NCBI GenBank assembly: GCA_964187785.1
Contig: OZ076409.1
Coordinates: 37,698,001-37,762,000 of the forward strand
Reading direction: 5' to 3'
Origin: Amphiscolops sp. MND2022
Lineage: Eukaryota
Length of the DNA stretch: 64,000 nt
In this document: positions 51,015 to 63,272 of the stretch, one piece after another
How the letters are laid out: every line of letters starts with the position of its first letter
Numbering within the stretch: the stretch's first letter is position 1
The notes under the pieces: model-generated
The model's input: only the letters and a program-made list of their open reading frames with translations
The model's database searches: none
What the model was told of the DNA's origin: nothing
Made by a program: the position numbers and the translations under genes

Positions 51015-54000
51015 TGTTGACGTGGAACTCAATATGTAAAACGAATTGAAGGAATGGATGTGAATTGATGAACGATGAATTTAGATTAATAGACTGTCTC
51101 GTTTTAACAAAGACTTTCGCAATGAAGCAAGACAATTTCAAGCTTGATACACTTTATACCAGTAGTTGTCTACAAATAGATTGCGTCATTTCAATCGCTC
51201 TATCACATTCCCCTTTTTGGGTACAAACAAAGATTAAAACAAATGTAGTTAATGTATTCATGTAACTGTAGATTAACTCAAAATTTCACACAAAGTGAAA
51301 TTGTTTTACTGTCTCTTGCTTTCCCTGGTGGTTAGCTACTTAACTTCTTTTTTGGGCCCTTACTTCTCTTCAGTGACCAGATCGATCCCATAACGTTTTG
51401 GCGGCACATGTTTTCTTTCCGAGTATCGTATGGGCCCCTTTTTCTCCACCTGCCACGATGTCATAGCTTTTATCGGGATTGCATCATCTGGGCCTTTTTC
51501 TTCTTTTGACGCTTTCTCTTGTTTTGGCGGGGGTGCCTCTTTTGGCGCCTTTTCGTTTGTTTCGATAGTTGATGTAATATCGATGATGGAGGGTTGCGTC
51601 TCTCTCTCTAGGTCGAAAGCCATCTCTGGGGTTGGTGCCTTTCCCCACTTTGTGTTCACTTCTGAGGGAAGTGACTTTCCCCACTTTGTCTTCTTTCCCT
51701 TTCTTTTTGCCGATGTCTCCAACTCACTTCAACTCGATGAGTCCTCGATTATCGCCCGTTTTCCTGCCTTCTTGAGTTTGTCCTTTTGCTCTTTGGACGC
51801 CTGCATTCTGTCTCTTTTGGAGAAGACCTTTGCGTGTTTTGCGGCTTCTGGCAGAACTGCGATGGTGTGTGTTGTTCCATGTACTTTTCCGGTCTTTTTG
51901 GCAAACACGGGTTCCAATTTAGATCCTTTTGATCTTTCACGCACCAAGATCGTTGAGTCGCATTCGTCTTGGAAGTCCGCTTGTTGAAACTCCACTCTAT
52001 TATCTTGGGCTAAATCCAGATATCTTTATACTAAATTCGATTTCACCGGCTTTGGTTTTTTCCCATCTGTTTTTCGAACGGCGACTTTCCGTCCTTTTTC
52101 TTACTAATTCTCAGCGAGTACAGGATCTCAGACAATCCGGTCTTATCCTTGTTAAAATAACTTGTTTATTTGTTCGGAGTTGTTCGTTTATCATTCTGAT
52201 TAACCGTTCTATTTTCCCGTTGCCCCTGTGATCTCTAATAGGACACGTTATATGCTCTATTGCAAAATGTTTGCAAAACTGTGTGAATTACTCACTTACG
52301 AACACTGTGCCAGAGTCCGTTTGTATTTTCTTAGGTACTCCATACTGTACTGTGCGCAATATTGTTTTAAAAATTTAATCACTTTTTTCGTTGTCGGGCG
52401 GTGTAAAAATTTTGCGTCCGGCCATCCTGAAAAATGATCTATTGACACTAGCAAATATTTCCTTCCTTTTTTCGCATTTTGGAACGGTCCCACGAAATTG
52501 AGTGCTCCTCGTTTGATTCCTTTACGTCCGGCTTTACCTCCTCGTTTGATTCCTTTACGTCCGGCTGTTTTCCTATTTGTTTTAGCTTTAGCATGTATTT
52601 TAAATTCTTTAAATTCTTACCTGACTGTAGGCACTGCTCACATAACCTTGCTTGATCAATGACCTCTCGATGAAGCGAGGACACCAAATATCCTCGATCA
52701 TCGCCAACATGGCGTCCCGGCCGGGATGGCCATAATGTAGGGAGCACATTATCATGGCCGTCTTGGCCTGCGGAATAACTAGGCGATTCTCGGTATGAAG
52801 GAAACCGCGTTCGTCGAGTGAAAACGTTTGAAACTTTTCCCTCCCGGGGGACGGTAGCCGGGTGACTCCTGTTTTGTTGTACGTTTTAACTAGGCGGATA
52901 ACCCGTTGTATCAATTTGTCAGCGCAATAATTCGATAGCAACAACTTTTCGTTTAATTGTGTAATCGATGTGCTTTGACTCATCTTACGTTTCTGTACGC
53001 TTTTACCACAATGACGCTTACTTGGTTGCCGCGAATTGCGTTCGTTCTGCAATTTGATTGGCTCTTGGCAGCCTGCTTGATTTATTCGATTGATGCAAAT
53101 CTCTTCGCTCGCACTTTCCGCCGGCTTGCTTTGCTCGCTGCTCGTTTCACTGCAATCTAAAACCTTATTTAAACTAATTACGCTGTTTACAGTAAACCAT
53201 TCATTCCACAGGGTTTCAGCTTTAATGGTGGAACCGTATAATTCCGTGGGATGTTTTGACAGATAATATGTCATTCTTAGCGTTCTTCCTGCCACGTGTA
53301 CTACCTGAAAATCAAATGACAGCAGTCTATCCACCAAGCGTGTCAGTCTACTAAAAATTGTTTTATTTCCCCTGTTTGGTTTTAAAACTGATGCTAGCGC
53401 TTTGTGGTCCAAAACTATTTTAAACTGTACACCATATACATAATTTCTAAAACTTTCTACCGCCCAAACTATCGCTAAAAGTTTTAACTCGCTAATAAAG
53501 TATTTGGCTTCAAAATTGGTTAAAAATCTAGATGCAAAACAAATTGGTTTCCATCCTCCGTTTGCCTGGCTTTGTTGTAAAACTGCACCTAGACCTTGTT
53601 TGCTAGCATCGCAAATAATTCGTATTTCTTGATTCCTTTTAAAATGTGACAATTCTACTACTCTTTTTATTTCATCGTTTATTTTTACAAACGCTTTTTC
53701 GTGCTCGCCGTTCCAAATCCACTCTGCATCTTTCTTTAAATTTGTTCTAAAGGGGATACTAATACTAGCTAAATTCGGTATAACTTTTTTGAATTGATTT
53801 ACCGCTCCAAAGAATGAGCGCAGTTGCTTGAAATTATTCGGTCTCAATCTATCGCTTATTCCCTGGGCTTTTGCATTAACTGGGGATATGCCCGTTTTCG
53901 TCATTTTATATCCCAACCATTCAATGCTTTCTTGCGCAATTATGCACTTCTCTGCCTTCAGCTGTTTTTTCGCTTCGTCCAGAATTTTCATAACTTCCCT

Positions 54001-56277
54001 CACTTTATTAAAGTGTTCTTGCTTAGTTCCTTTTGTTACAATTAATACATCGTCTCAATATACAAATACACTATTTACATTTGTTAAAATGAGGTCCATT
54101 AATTTCTGAAATTCTGTTGGCATTAGAGTACGGCCGTAGAATCCCGTTCTGAATCAGTACGTGCCTGTTGATTTTCCTCCCACGATTTGAAAATTACAAT
54201 GTTTTTTTGTTAATTCTTGCAACGGAAATTGCCCATACGCGTACGTCATGTCAACTGACGAATACCACGCCTCCCTATCTTTTTCATCTAATTTCTCTGC
54301 AATCATGTCAATTAAATTATCTAAATTAGGCATTTGGTATTTGTCTTTTGCTATTGATTGGTTTAGCGCTCTCGCGTCTAAGGTAATTTTCACAGACTTA
54401 TCTTTTTTCACAGTTAATACCGTCGGCTGAATAAATATGTCATCTTGAATTTTGCCGACTTTCTCAATATGTCCCCCTCTAACAACTTTCCATTTTCATT
54501 ATCCACATGATTTTGTAGTTGGATGGGAATACGGCGTCCCTTTTGCTGAGAAATTCTCACGTCATCTTTCATTTTAACTTTAAGTTCGTAATTCTTCACT
54601 CGTCCTTTCCGCTTGAACAAATTTGGAAACTCCCCCACTAATTGCTGAACCTCGGGGTTTAGTCTTTTCTCAGGACTTATCTCATTAATTGATTCTTCAC
54701 ACTTCAAACTTTGTTTATGTATTTTACACTCACCTCTTTCTATCGGCTGCGTAATTTTGTTGCGGAGAGCAACTAGCCAATCACGGCCCACTATGGATTT
54801 TCCTGAGTTAGGTGCTACTAGGACTCGTGCTTTTGAAACTGTTACTCCTGCAACTTCAAGTCGTACGAATTGGTAGCCAAGCAAATTCAAGGGTTTTTTT
54901 ATTGTATTCACCATAGCGTTCTCCCGCAATCATGTCCCTGATCACCACTTTTCTAGGCCCCACAATTTTGCGCAAATCACTCTTCGTAAAAATGGACACC
55001 GGTGACCCAGTATCGATGATTGCTTTAAAATAGTTGCCGCACATTGTTCCTTCCATGTAAAATGGCTTGCAACCGTCGCCATCCACACGTAGAACTAGTT
55101 GCTCTTCGTCTTGGTCTTCGTCTTCTTCAGATTCTTCGTCTGATTCTTCAATACAATTTACTCTTCGCATTCCCTTCTTGTTGTCCCGGCTCTTCAGTCG
55201 TTGCAACATCTCTTTCTGCCGCTGAGGAAATTTTTTATTGCAACACTTCTCTAAATGTTCAATCAGCTGACAAAGTTTACAACGGTAGTTGGTGGCCATG
55301 CAGAAGTTGACGTGATCCATGGGGAAGTTAGCTGCCCCACATCTATAACACTCCCTGGGGTTAGTCTTCTCCATGGCATCGACCGGTCCGTTTTTTATAG
55401 CTGTTTTTGTTGATTCAGGTTCTTGTGCGCCATAGGCTTTTAGCCGTTGTATTCCTTCCTCTAAAGCAAGGGCGAACTCTAATGCTTGGTCAGGTTCCTT
55501 AAGCTCAGTGCACAATTTTTCTTGCACCTTTTTATTGTTCATGTGAAGTATAAACATGTCCTTGACCAGGGTGGGTGTTATTTTCCCGAAGTCGCACAAT
55601 GCCGCAAGCCCATTTAGGGCGTGCCAAATTTGAAACAGAGATTCTTCTTGTTGTTGATGTCGTGAAAAGAATCGGTGTCTATCGAGCGTTCTATTTCTCT
55701 TTTTCCGAAAACACTCAATGCAAAAATTTATCAATTCTTGGGCTTTTAAGTCCCACAGTGCAGTGTGTGGATATTTATCCATGAACTGCTTTCTTGGGGG
55801 TTCGCCGAATGACAGGTACAGGATACTAATTACTTTTTTGTTTGCAGGATCCTCGTCGAGATCCTCGAGAAGAGCGCAGACCCTGGGGTTTTGCTGATCC
55901 ACGTTTCCGGTCAGTTCCGTAATGTACATGGAGTATTTGGCCATTATAGGTACTTGAAAAAGGTCAAACCACTTGTCCCAATCCATCGGAGGGTTTGCGA
56001 CCGCATCGCTCCAGAATACTGTTAACCCGACGAGATGTGACGATAATGATGAAGAATGCCCTGAATTTTCAGCTCGCAGCTCCATGTTGACGTGGAACTC
56101 AATATGGAAAACGAACTGAAGGAACGGATGTGAATTGATGAACGATGAATTTAGATTAATAGGCTGTCTCGTTTTAACAAAGGCTTTCGCAATGAAGCAA
56201 GACAATTTCAAACTTGATACATTTTATACCAGCAGTTGTTTACAAATAGATTGCGTCATTTCAATCGCTCTATCACA
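51015..56277 (-). mobile_element. Full-length, mutated Ty3/Gypsy LTR retrotransposon
   Basis: 193-bp LTRs at 51015-51207 and 56085-56277 (9 substitutions counted). 5-bp TSD GGACT on both sides. Minus-strand PBS-like TGGAGCTGCGAGC and PPT AAAAGGGGAA. Confidence 0.96.
51360..56085 (-). pseudogene. gag-pol (gag, protease, RT, RNase H, integrase) with frameshifts and stops
   Basis: CYRCG knuckle, AIIDTGSPVS (protease), VDMTYAYGQ (RT), IICDASKQGLGAVL (RNase H), LHYGHPGRDAM and LLVSIDHFSGWP (integrase), in Gypsy domain order. Confidence 0.93.
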
Positions 56278-56497
56278 GGACTAGTTTTAAAAACAAGAAT
56301 GCTTGTCAAGTAGCAAAAACTAGCATACAGTTTTTCCCATTTCTCAGTACAATTTTTTTTAAAATACTAATTGAATATTAATTTCGAGCATCGTGAATTC
56401 ACCACAAAAAAATCGTACTCCAAAACCGGTAACGCTGCGCCATGCTACTGAACAAAAGCAAATTTCCGAAAATCTTCAGAATAAAAGATATGGTGTA

Positions 56498-56699
56498 CAC
56501 TGAAACTTACATTTCAAATTAGGAAATATGAGAAAATTTCTAAGGGATAAAATTTAATCGAATTTACAGCAATATTTGGTTCTGATTGTTAATCTAACGT
56601 TAGATTAACAATCAGAACCAAATATTGCTACAAATGCGATTAAATTTTATCCCTCAGAAATTTTCTCATATTTCCTATTTTGAAATGTAAGTTTCAGTG
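56498..56699. mobile_element. 202-bp spacer-less palindrome with CACTG...CAGTG ends (fold-back MITE-like)
   Basis: 101-bp arms, centre AATCTAAC|GTTAGATT at 56598/56599, few mismatches; no clear TSD. Confidence 0.8.
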
Positions 56700-57286
56700 C
56701 TTGCCAACACAATCAGTACATGTACACAGGAAACCGAGGTCGCTCATACAGCATCTTTGTCGACGAAATCTAACACAAAAGTAATTGCGTCATTACATCA
56801 TGAAAGGATAAGAGTATAAAGCTTTGAATTTTTTTACCTTTTACGGGGTAAGCAATACCAATCTCTCATTTACTGGCGCCACGGGGCGAGCAGGATAGGT
56901 GCCTAAATTTAAAACAGGAATAACATCTCCAACCAAATCATCCTCATTTCGTATTCGGAGACATTGAGGACGTTGTTAGAATTGTTCCTGAAACTCTTTC
57001 AGTCGTTATTGTTTGATGTCATTCACTCCTCTAGGCGTAAACGTTTAAAACGGCTTAACAAAAAAGGAAATATGAAACTGATGTGCTTTTAATTTTTCAC
57101 TTTACTAAAAAAATCACTATACTATATTACAGTTGTTGCTCATTCAAAGGATTCTCGCGTTTTTCTTGTTATCTGACCCAAACTCTATTGTTACAAACAG
57201 TAAAAAGCCATGTTGATGAGCGAACTTCGGAGTTCGGATCTTTTCTGTTAATAGCTCTCAACCCCCCCCCAAGCAGCGATTTGATT

Positions 57287-57370
57287 CCCCCGGTTAAGCG
57301 GTCAAGTAAAGGAATCATTGAATTGTTATAATAATTCAATGATTCTTTTAATTGACCGTTTAACCGGGGG
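57287..57370. repeat. Imperfect inverted repeat (possible MITE core)
   Basis: CCCCCGGTTAAGCGGTCAA...GAATCATTGAATT pairs with AATTCAATGATTC...TTGACCGTTTAACCGGGGG. Confidence 0.75.
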
Positions 57371-57489
57371 GGGTTGTTGTTGGCGATTAAATCGGTGGTG
57401 GTGGGGGATTTAAGTTACGCTATTATGATGCTAAAAGACAAAAATAGAAACAGTTGGGACGGTTCAACTGTGCTATCTAGATCACAAAA

Positions 57490-57870
57490 TGTAACGTCAG
57501 GCAGTCGATGTTACAAAATTTCGATCAAAAATTCGAAATGTGCGGTATCAAAAAAGCACCTTTCATATGGCCGACCCGGCAGGTACGGAAACCGTAGAAG
57601 AAGCGAAAAAACGCAAAAAAGACACCCCCACCAGCCCGAGAGAGAACACCCCGCCACAGAAGTATCCCCGAAATCGCCGTGCAGTGCCACCTCCCTCGGA
57701 AGACGTCCCAGCTAACGGCAGAACCCATAGAATGGCCCAAAAGATGAAGAAACTCAGAAGTTTGCATAGTTTGCATGTGCCACCTAGCAGGTCAAAGACT
57801 AGCTGACACTGACGCTTGATGTTTCCTCAGTCTGTTGTACCGTATTTGTGGTTTTTGCAGACATTAGGTA
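57490..57870 (+). repeat. Diverged, 3'-truncated LTR of the 506-10628 family
   Basis: Starts TGTAACGTC and is colinear with about 506-885 (e.g. CCCTCGGAAGACGTCCCAGCT, AGATGAAGAAACTCAGAAGTTTGCAT). Confidence 0.9.
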
Positions 57871-58374
57871 TTATTGCAGATATATATAAACAACCTGAAC
57901 CAAATCTTGCGACAAATGCTAGTGAATTTCATTCCTCAAAAGTTTCAATTTGAAGTGCAAATTTCAGTACTTCCGAGCACAATCAGTGAAGTGGTTATCG
58001 AGGGCATCTATATGACAATTTTGTCAGCTAGTGATACCAGATAAAGCACCATAAGCTGAATCTTAAAATCATGTATCTCTCTATTTATTAGGTTTTTACC
58101 TAATTTACATAATGTTTCTTTCAAAACTGTGCAATAAAGTTTGTACATTTGGTCCTTTTAACCAAATTCAATTCAAACTGGCCTTCTTTTTGGCCTTCGT
58201 TTGTACAATTCGTTTGACGAGTTTACTTTTCAATCGATCCCCTCCCCTCGCGAGTTTACTGAAGCCTCTGATCTGTTTTTATTTGGAAACCATTCTGTAA
58301 CAAGACGCCCGCTAGGCACCGGGATATTTTCCGCCCTGTTCGCCTTCACCAACTGAGCCATAGATATTTTGGGA

Positions 58375-58484
58375 GGGGGGAATAGGATCTAGAATCTAAA
58401 GAATAAGATCTAAAATTTAGTGGTTTTAGATCTTCTTCCCTTTAGATCTTATTCCCTTTTTTGACTTTAGATACTATTCCCGCT
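58375..58484. repeat. Small inverted-repeat element with AGATCT repeats
   Basis: GGGAATAG...CTATTCCC and GAATAAGATCTAAA/TTTAGATCTTATTC pairs. Confidence 0.5.
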
Positions 58485-58542
58485 GTATGCTGTTTTAGTA
58501 ACAAGCTCATACTAAATCAAATTACATTACAACAATTTCTAG

Positions 58543-59099
58543 AAGCAAGTTGGGAACGGCCAAAGTCGGCGCCATATCCAAGGCTCAAAAAACGCAAAGT
58601 TTTTGAAATTGTAAAAAGGGGGACCCTTCGGGCTTTTTGAAACTCCACTTTGTTACAAATTATGAAAAAAATAACAGGGAACCCTTTGGAGACATTAGAA
58701 AGTTTCGAGAAAAAAAACGAAAATTCAGAATTTTGAACAGTGTCACAGTGCCGAAAATGTAAACGGAGGACCCTTGAAGATTTTTTAACATTCATGTTGT
58801 TTCAAAAAAAATGAAGGGGTGCCCTTTGGTGCAATCAAGAAATTTTCGAAAAAAAGGTCATAGTGCCGAAAGAAATGTAAGGTAAAATCACCAAGATGAC
58901 TAAAGTTTGAATCCTCAATATGTTTTTGAGGTTCTGGACTACGTCGGTTTTGTTTTGAACGAAATTCTGATAATTACAGCATGTTTTGGGCGTCCGTAGT
59001 TCAACTTGAACAAATGAACATAAAAGTGGACCTTACGCGCATAAAAAAACTACCCACCGTTAGAGTCGGTCACTTTTCTTCAAAAGCGCCGACTAAAAA
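58543..59099 (-). mobile_element. HINE-like element (third subfamily)
   Basis: CAAGTTGGGAACGGCCAAAGTCGGCGC ... GCGCCGACTAAAAA with internal GGGGACCC and AGTGCCGAAA motifs. Confidence 0.75.
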
Positions 59100-59914
59100 T
59101 TATCTGAGATAAATCTTTTGATCGATAATGAAATAAATCGTTTTTGATTTGCAGGTCTTTGGGCGAATCCAATTCAAATTTCTAGCTACAAGTATTTATT
59201 CCCCTAATTTATTGGCTTTTCGAGGGTTGTAACAACATTTGTGTGACTCCATTCAAAGAACTTGACTCAAAACTGATAATTGTTATATTGAAGTTTTGGT
59301 GTTTTTCGAGAGCCGTGTAAAGCCATCATCCTATTGTTTCGACTTGACAATATTCTGGAAAAAAATCTGCATTCAGCTAGGATTGAACCCGGCCCAAACC
59401 ATGAGCATCTATGGCATTTGCTTTGGCAAATACCATACTAATTTTTTCCCTCACCACCTAAGTTTTTTTGAAAAATCTGTAAAAACATTAGAATAAAAAG
59501 AGTTAGAACAAATTTACAAACTTTTCTTCTCAGGATGAGTTTAGAATCCAAATACAGCTTTTGTTCACACTGTTTTTGCAAATGAGGTCACGCATTCTTG
59601 ATAAACAAATCAACAGCTTCCTGTCTTAAGTCACAAAAAACAGTGAATACAAACATAATCACAGTTAAAATGTGTGAAAAATGTTTTGTTCAAACAAAAA
59701 ACTATTCGAATAGAATCTAACTTTCCGTTATGGAAAAATACTTCACTTTTATTTCGGCCAGCGCTGCAGCACTCTATTTATTATTTCATTCACTCATCCA
59801 CTTCAATTCTTATGAACGCTGCAAAGGGGGCGACTATTGTGTGCTTATACGTTGAGTACTAAGCGATAACACGCGAAAAACAACCATTTATGCCCTTTTT
59901 TAACGTTTGCTCGG

Positions 59915-60114
59915 NNNNNNNNNNNNNNNNNNNNNNNNNNNNNNNNNNNNNNNNNNNNNNNNNNNNNNNNNNNNNNNNNNNNNNNNNNNNNNNNNNNNNN
60001 NNNNNNNNNNNNNNNNNNNNNNNNNNNNNNNNNNNNNNNNNNNNNNNNNNNNNNNNNNNNNNNNNNNNNNNNNNNNNNNNNNNNNNNNNNNNNNNNNNNN
60101 NNNNNNNNNNNNNN
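59915..60114. other. Assembly gap (200 N)
   Basis: Run of exactly 200 N, probably a fixed-length scaffolding gap; contiguity across it is not assured. Confidence 0.99.
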
Positions 60115-60397
60115 CTAGCTTTTTGAATTTTATTTTTAGAATGTTCTTTTCATGATGCTGTTTTTAGCTACAACTTGGAAATATTTAGAACCAGATTCCC
60201 AGAATATGGGATGTGATCTTTCCTGGGGTATACATAGTGCACCCCAGGGACCTAGGACACAATTTATTTCAACTTTGTTACCGAACAGTTGATAGTAAGA
60301 CAATATCTGGTTCCATGAAAAATGTTCTCACTCGCTTGTACGATTTTCATTCCTTCGATTAGAAGAAAGAAAGCAAAGGCTAGAAGACCTAGAGAAA

Positions 60398-60870
60398 TGG
60401 ACTTATTGTCCGGCGTCGATAACATGGACGAAGTATTAATTAGGTGATGAAAATTCTAGCACCCTTGAGCGGGAATTAGCTAATACTATCAATGGCTCAG
60501 TTAGTCATAATGCCACTGAGGCCTTTTCTAATAATAGAGGAAATTCATCCCAAGACAACGAGATTAAGCACTTTAATGTCGGAAACGAAATTCCGACTGA
60601 AATGATAGACTGATGGAGTCGATGAAAATCTTCGCAAACGAAATGAACATGGGATTTTCTCAGGAAATGGATTTCTCAGATCTGATGGCCATGATAAACT
60701 CTCAGAGCAATAGGGCCATAAGCTCTGCAATCAGTGATTGAGTTATTCCTGAAATACAAAATCTAATGGGTTCGCTGACTTCAGGACAGAGAGACACTGA
60801 GTCGGGAGCGTCTGTTAACAACCAGGATACCATGGAGGAAACAAACGGTTCAAAAACAAAATTACCAAGG
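60398..60870 (+). pseudogene. Decayed coding fragment, possibly a gag N-terminus of another LTR element
   Basis: Frameshifted protein-like text (STLERELANTINGS...RAISSAISD*VIPEIQNLMGSL). LEREL also occurs in the 35623 fragment. No diagnostic motif. Confidence 0.35.
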
Positions 60871-62504
60871 GACACTATAGACCTAAATCTTTACCAGCAG
60901 ACTTTTCATGCGAAAAAATTTCAGATAAATTTTAGAATTTATAATCGCAAACTAGCAATGAAATGTCTTTGAAGTAGAATTTGGGTATTTGTGACCCATT
61001 GACATACCTGATATGTGTTGTCGCTTCATACAATTTGTCGTCTGACATGAGCTGCCACTTTAGGCTAGCAGTCGAATCTTTAAGCAAGCAAACAATTATC
61101 AGGAAAAGAGTTACTTTGGTCTCGTGGAGAAGCATTTTGTAGCTAGTTTTTTTCTGCTACGGCTGTTTGACTTCCCAGCTTTTACTTGTTCGTGCTTTTT
61201 TGATTCAAGCGTTTGAATGCTCACAAGTCCTATGTTATTTAATCAGTTGTGTTTGAAAAATTACAATTATTTCTTCCCGCTTTTGCCTTTTGATAGGTTA
61301 CATGAATAAAAAAGAATCATGAACATGGCGGCATTTTATTGCTAAAAAATCAGTTATTGTTAATCGGAATTGCTAATCGTTTTGCCAGCTCCCGACTGCT
61401 TTTAATCATCTCTACCGTCAATCTCTAAGACGACTCCTGCATTCAATTATTTAACCAGTTGAAAGTCAGCCATGTGTTGCCATGATGTTTCACCCGGCGG
61501 GCAATGTTAAAAAAAAACAAAAATAGGTGACTTTTTACTACACTCGATTATGTTTTCTGTATATAGTTCGACAGAGTCTGTTTCCTACCATAAACTATAC
61601 GGATGAAAATCCGTTCATTCAAATATTTGATGAGAAAGTAGAAGTTATCATTTTACAGAATGCATTGTCACACGTTCACGACATTTTCAGTTATCCTTCA
61701 TCTCCATTAAACTTTGAAAACGTTTGAAAAAAGCTCAAAATCATCATTTTATCATCCAATATCCGATACAAGCTTAAAATTTTCAACAAATTGATCAATT
61801 TAAAAGGTGCTACTTTTGTATCAATGTGAACATTTGTGCTACCTTAGAACCCAAATGTTGGCAAGAAACGAACTAACCAAAATGGTTTTTGGACACCGAA
61901 AATGTATCAGAATGTCGAAAAATTTAAAAGGTACGCTTCCGTGTCAAACCACTCAAGGAATAAAATGACTTATAACTGTTCGCACGTATTGAGTAGGAGT
62001 TGCTATTTCCCGGGTTGACTTCCAAAGAGAAAACATCTTGATGATGAAATGATATATTTGGTGATGTATGAACACATTTCAGTCATACAATGACCATACA
62101 AGAGCAAAAAAATCAAAACTGACATTATTGACTGGTCTTTTTATGGACTAAATGTTTTGCATGCATTGCAAATTAGCGTAACGTAGTCATTTAAAGTAAC
62201 GTTGATGATAAGTTGGCTTCTCCCTAATCATGAACCAATTTCTGACGGAAATGTGTCAACATCAACTCGCTTATTGAATTCTAGCATCTACTACTAATTT
62301 TAAACGGTTGATTTGAAATTAAGCACAAATTAAATAAGTTGAACAGTTTCGTAATTCATTGTAATAAGCGTATGTTACGTGATCTCCGGTTCCACCTTCA
62401 GCCTTTAACGCCTAACGCCATTACTATTTGAAATGTTCGTAGGAACAAACCCAGATCTACTTTAATCTTTTCCAGAGAACATGCAAGTCATACAATGACT
62501 AAAT

Positions 62505-63272
62505 AAACAAGCCGGGAAAAGCTCAGGTCGGCACCCCGCTCAAGGTTCAATAAATCAAGTTTTTTTTTGATATTTCAAAAGATACTACTGTGAGAATGTC
62601 ATCAAATTTACAGTGCCGGAAATTACCAGAAGGGGCATCCATAAGACTCAAAAACCACTTTTGTTTCCATCAAAAAACTGAAAGTTTTCAAAATTCAATA
62701 ATATTTCGTGAAATTTTTCTTCTGAAAATGTCTCGCAGTGCCGAAAAAGGAGCCTTAGGCTTGCCAAACACTTTTAAAAAAACGAAATATTTTATGAATT
62801 TATGAAAAGAGGGTACCCTTTGACCAAATGAAGTTCGAAGAAAAGTCGCAAATTGTCAAAAAAATCGTCTGCCATTTCCCCAATTATTGGGAAACTCTCA
62901 TCTCCGGTAAAAATCCAGATTAGCTCTCTATTCAAGCAAAACATTTTTTTCTGCTAGTGTTAAGGGACGGTTTTTGGTTTTAAAAAACATATCAAAAATC
63001 GAATGGTGCCGAAAAAAAGCCCGAAGATCGCCTTCGGTCTCCCCTCTACGTTAGCAAACATAAAAATATTGGTTTAGTGCGAGACTCAAATCAACATACC
63101 CCTGCATATCAGACCTCGCCACCTGAACAAGAAATCCGCATTAACCACTGGGTCAAGTGGGAGTGTGACTAAATTGAGTATACTAACTTATAGAAGCTTA
63201 CAGAAATCTGTCAATTGTCCTGTCTTCGAAAAACAAGCCGGGAACGGCCCAAATCGGCGCCCGATCAAGGTC
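62505..63272 (-). mobile_element. Degenerate HINE-like sequence(s)
   Basis: Two end motifs, AAACAAGCCGGGAA...TCGGC(A/G)CCC at about 62505 and 63231, plus internal AGTGCCGAAAAA and GGGTACCCTTTG motifs shared with the other copies. Confidence 0.55.

Noticed and set aside
51430..51987. 185-aa plus-strand ORF and other antisense ORFs over gag-pol regions
   Set aside because: Shadow frames of the opposite-strand retrotransposon coding sequence.
59890..60155. ORFs containing X runs
   Set aside because: Artefacts of the 200-N gap.
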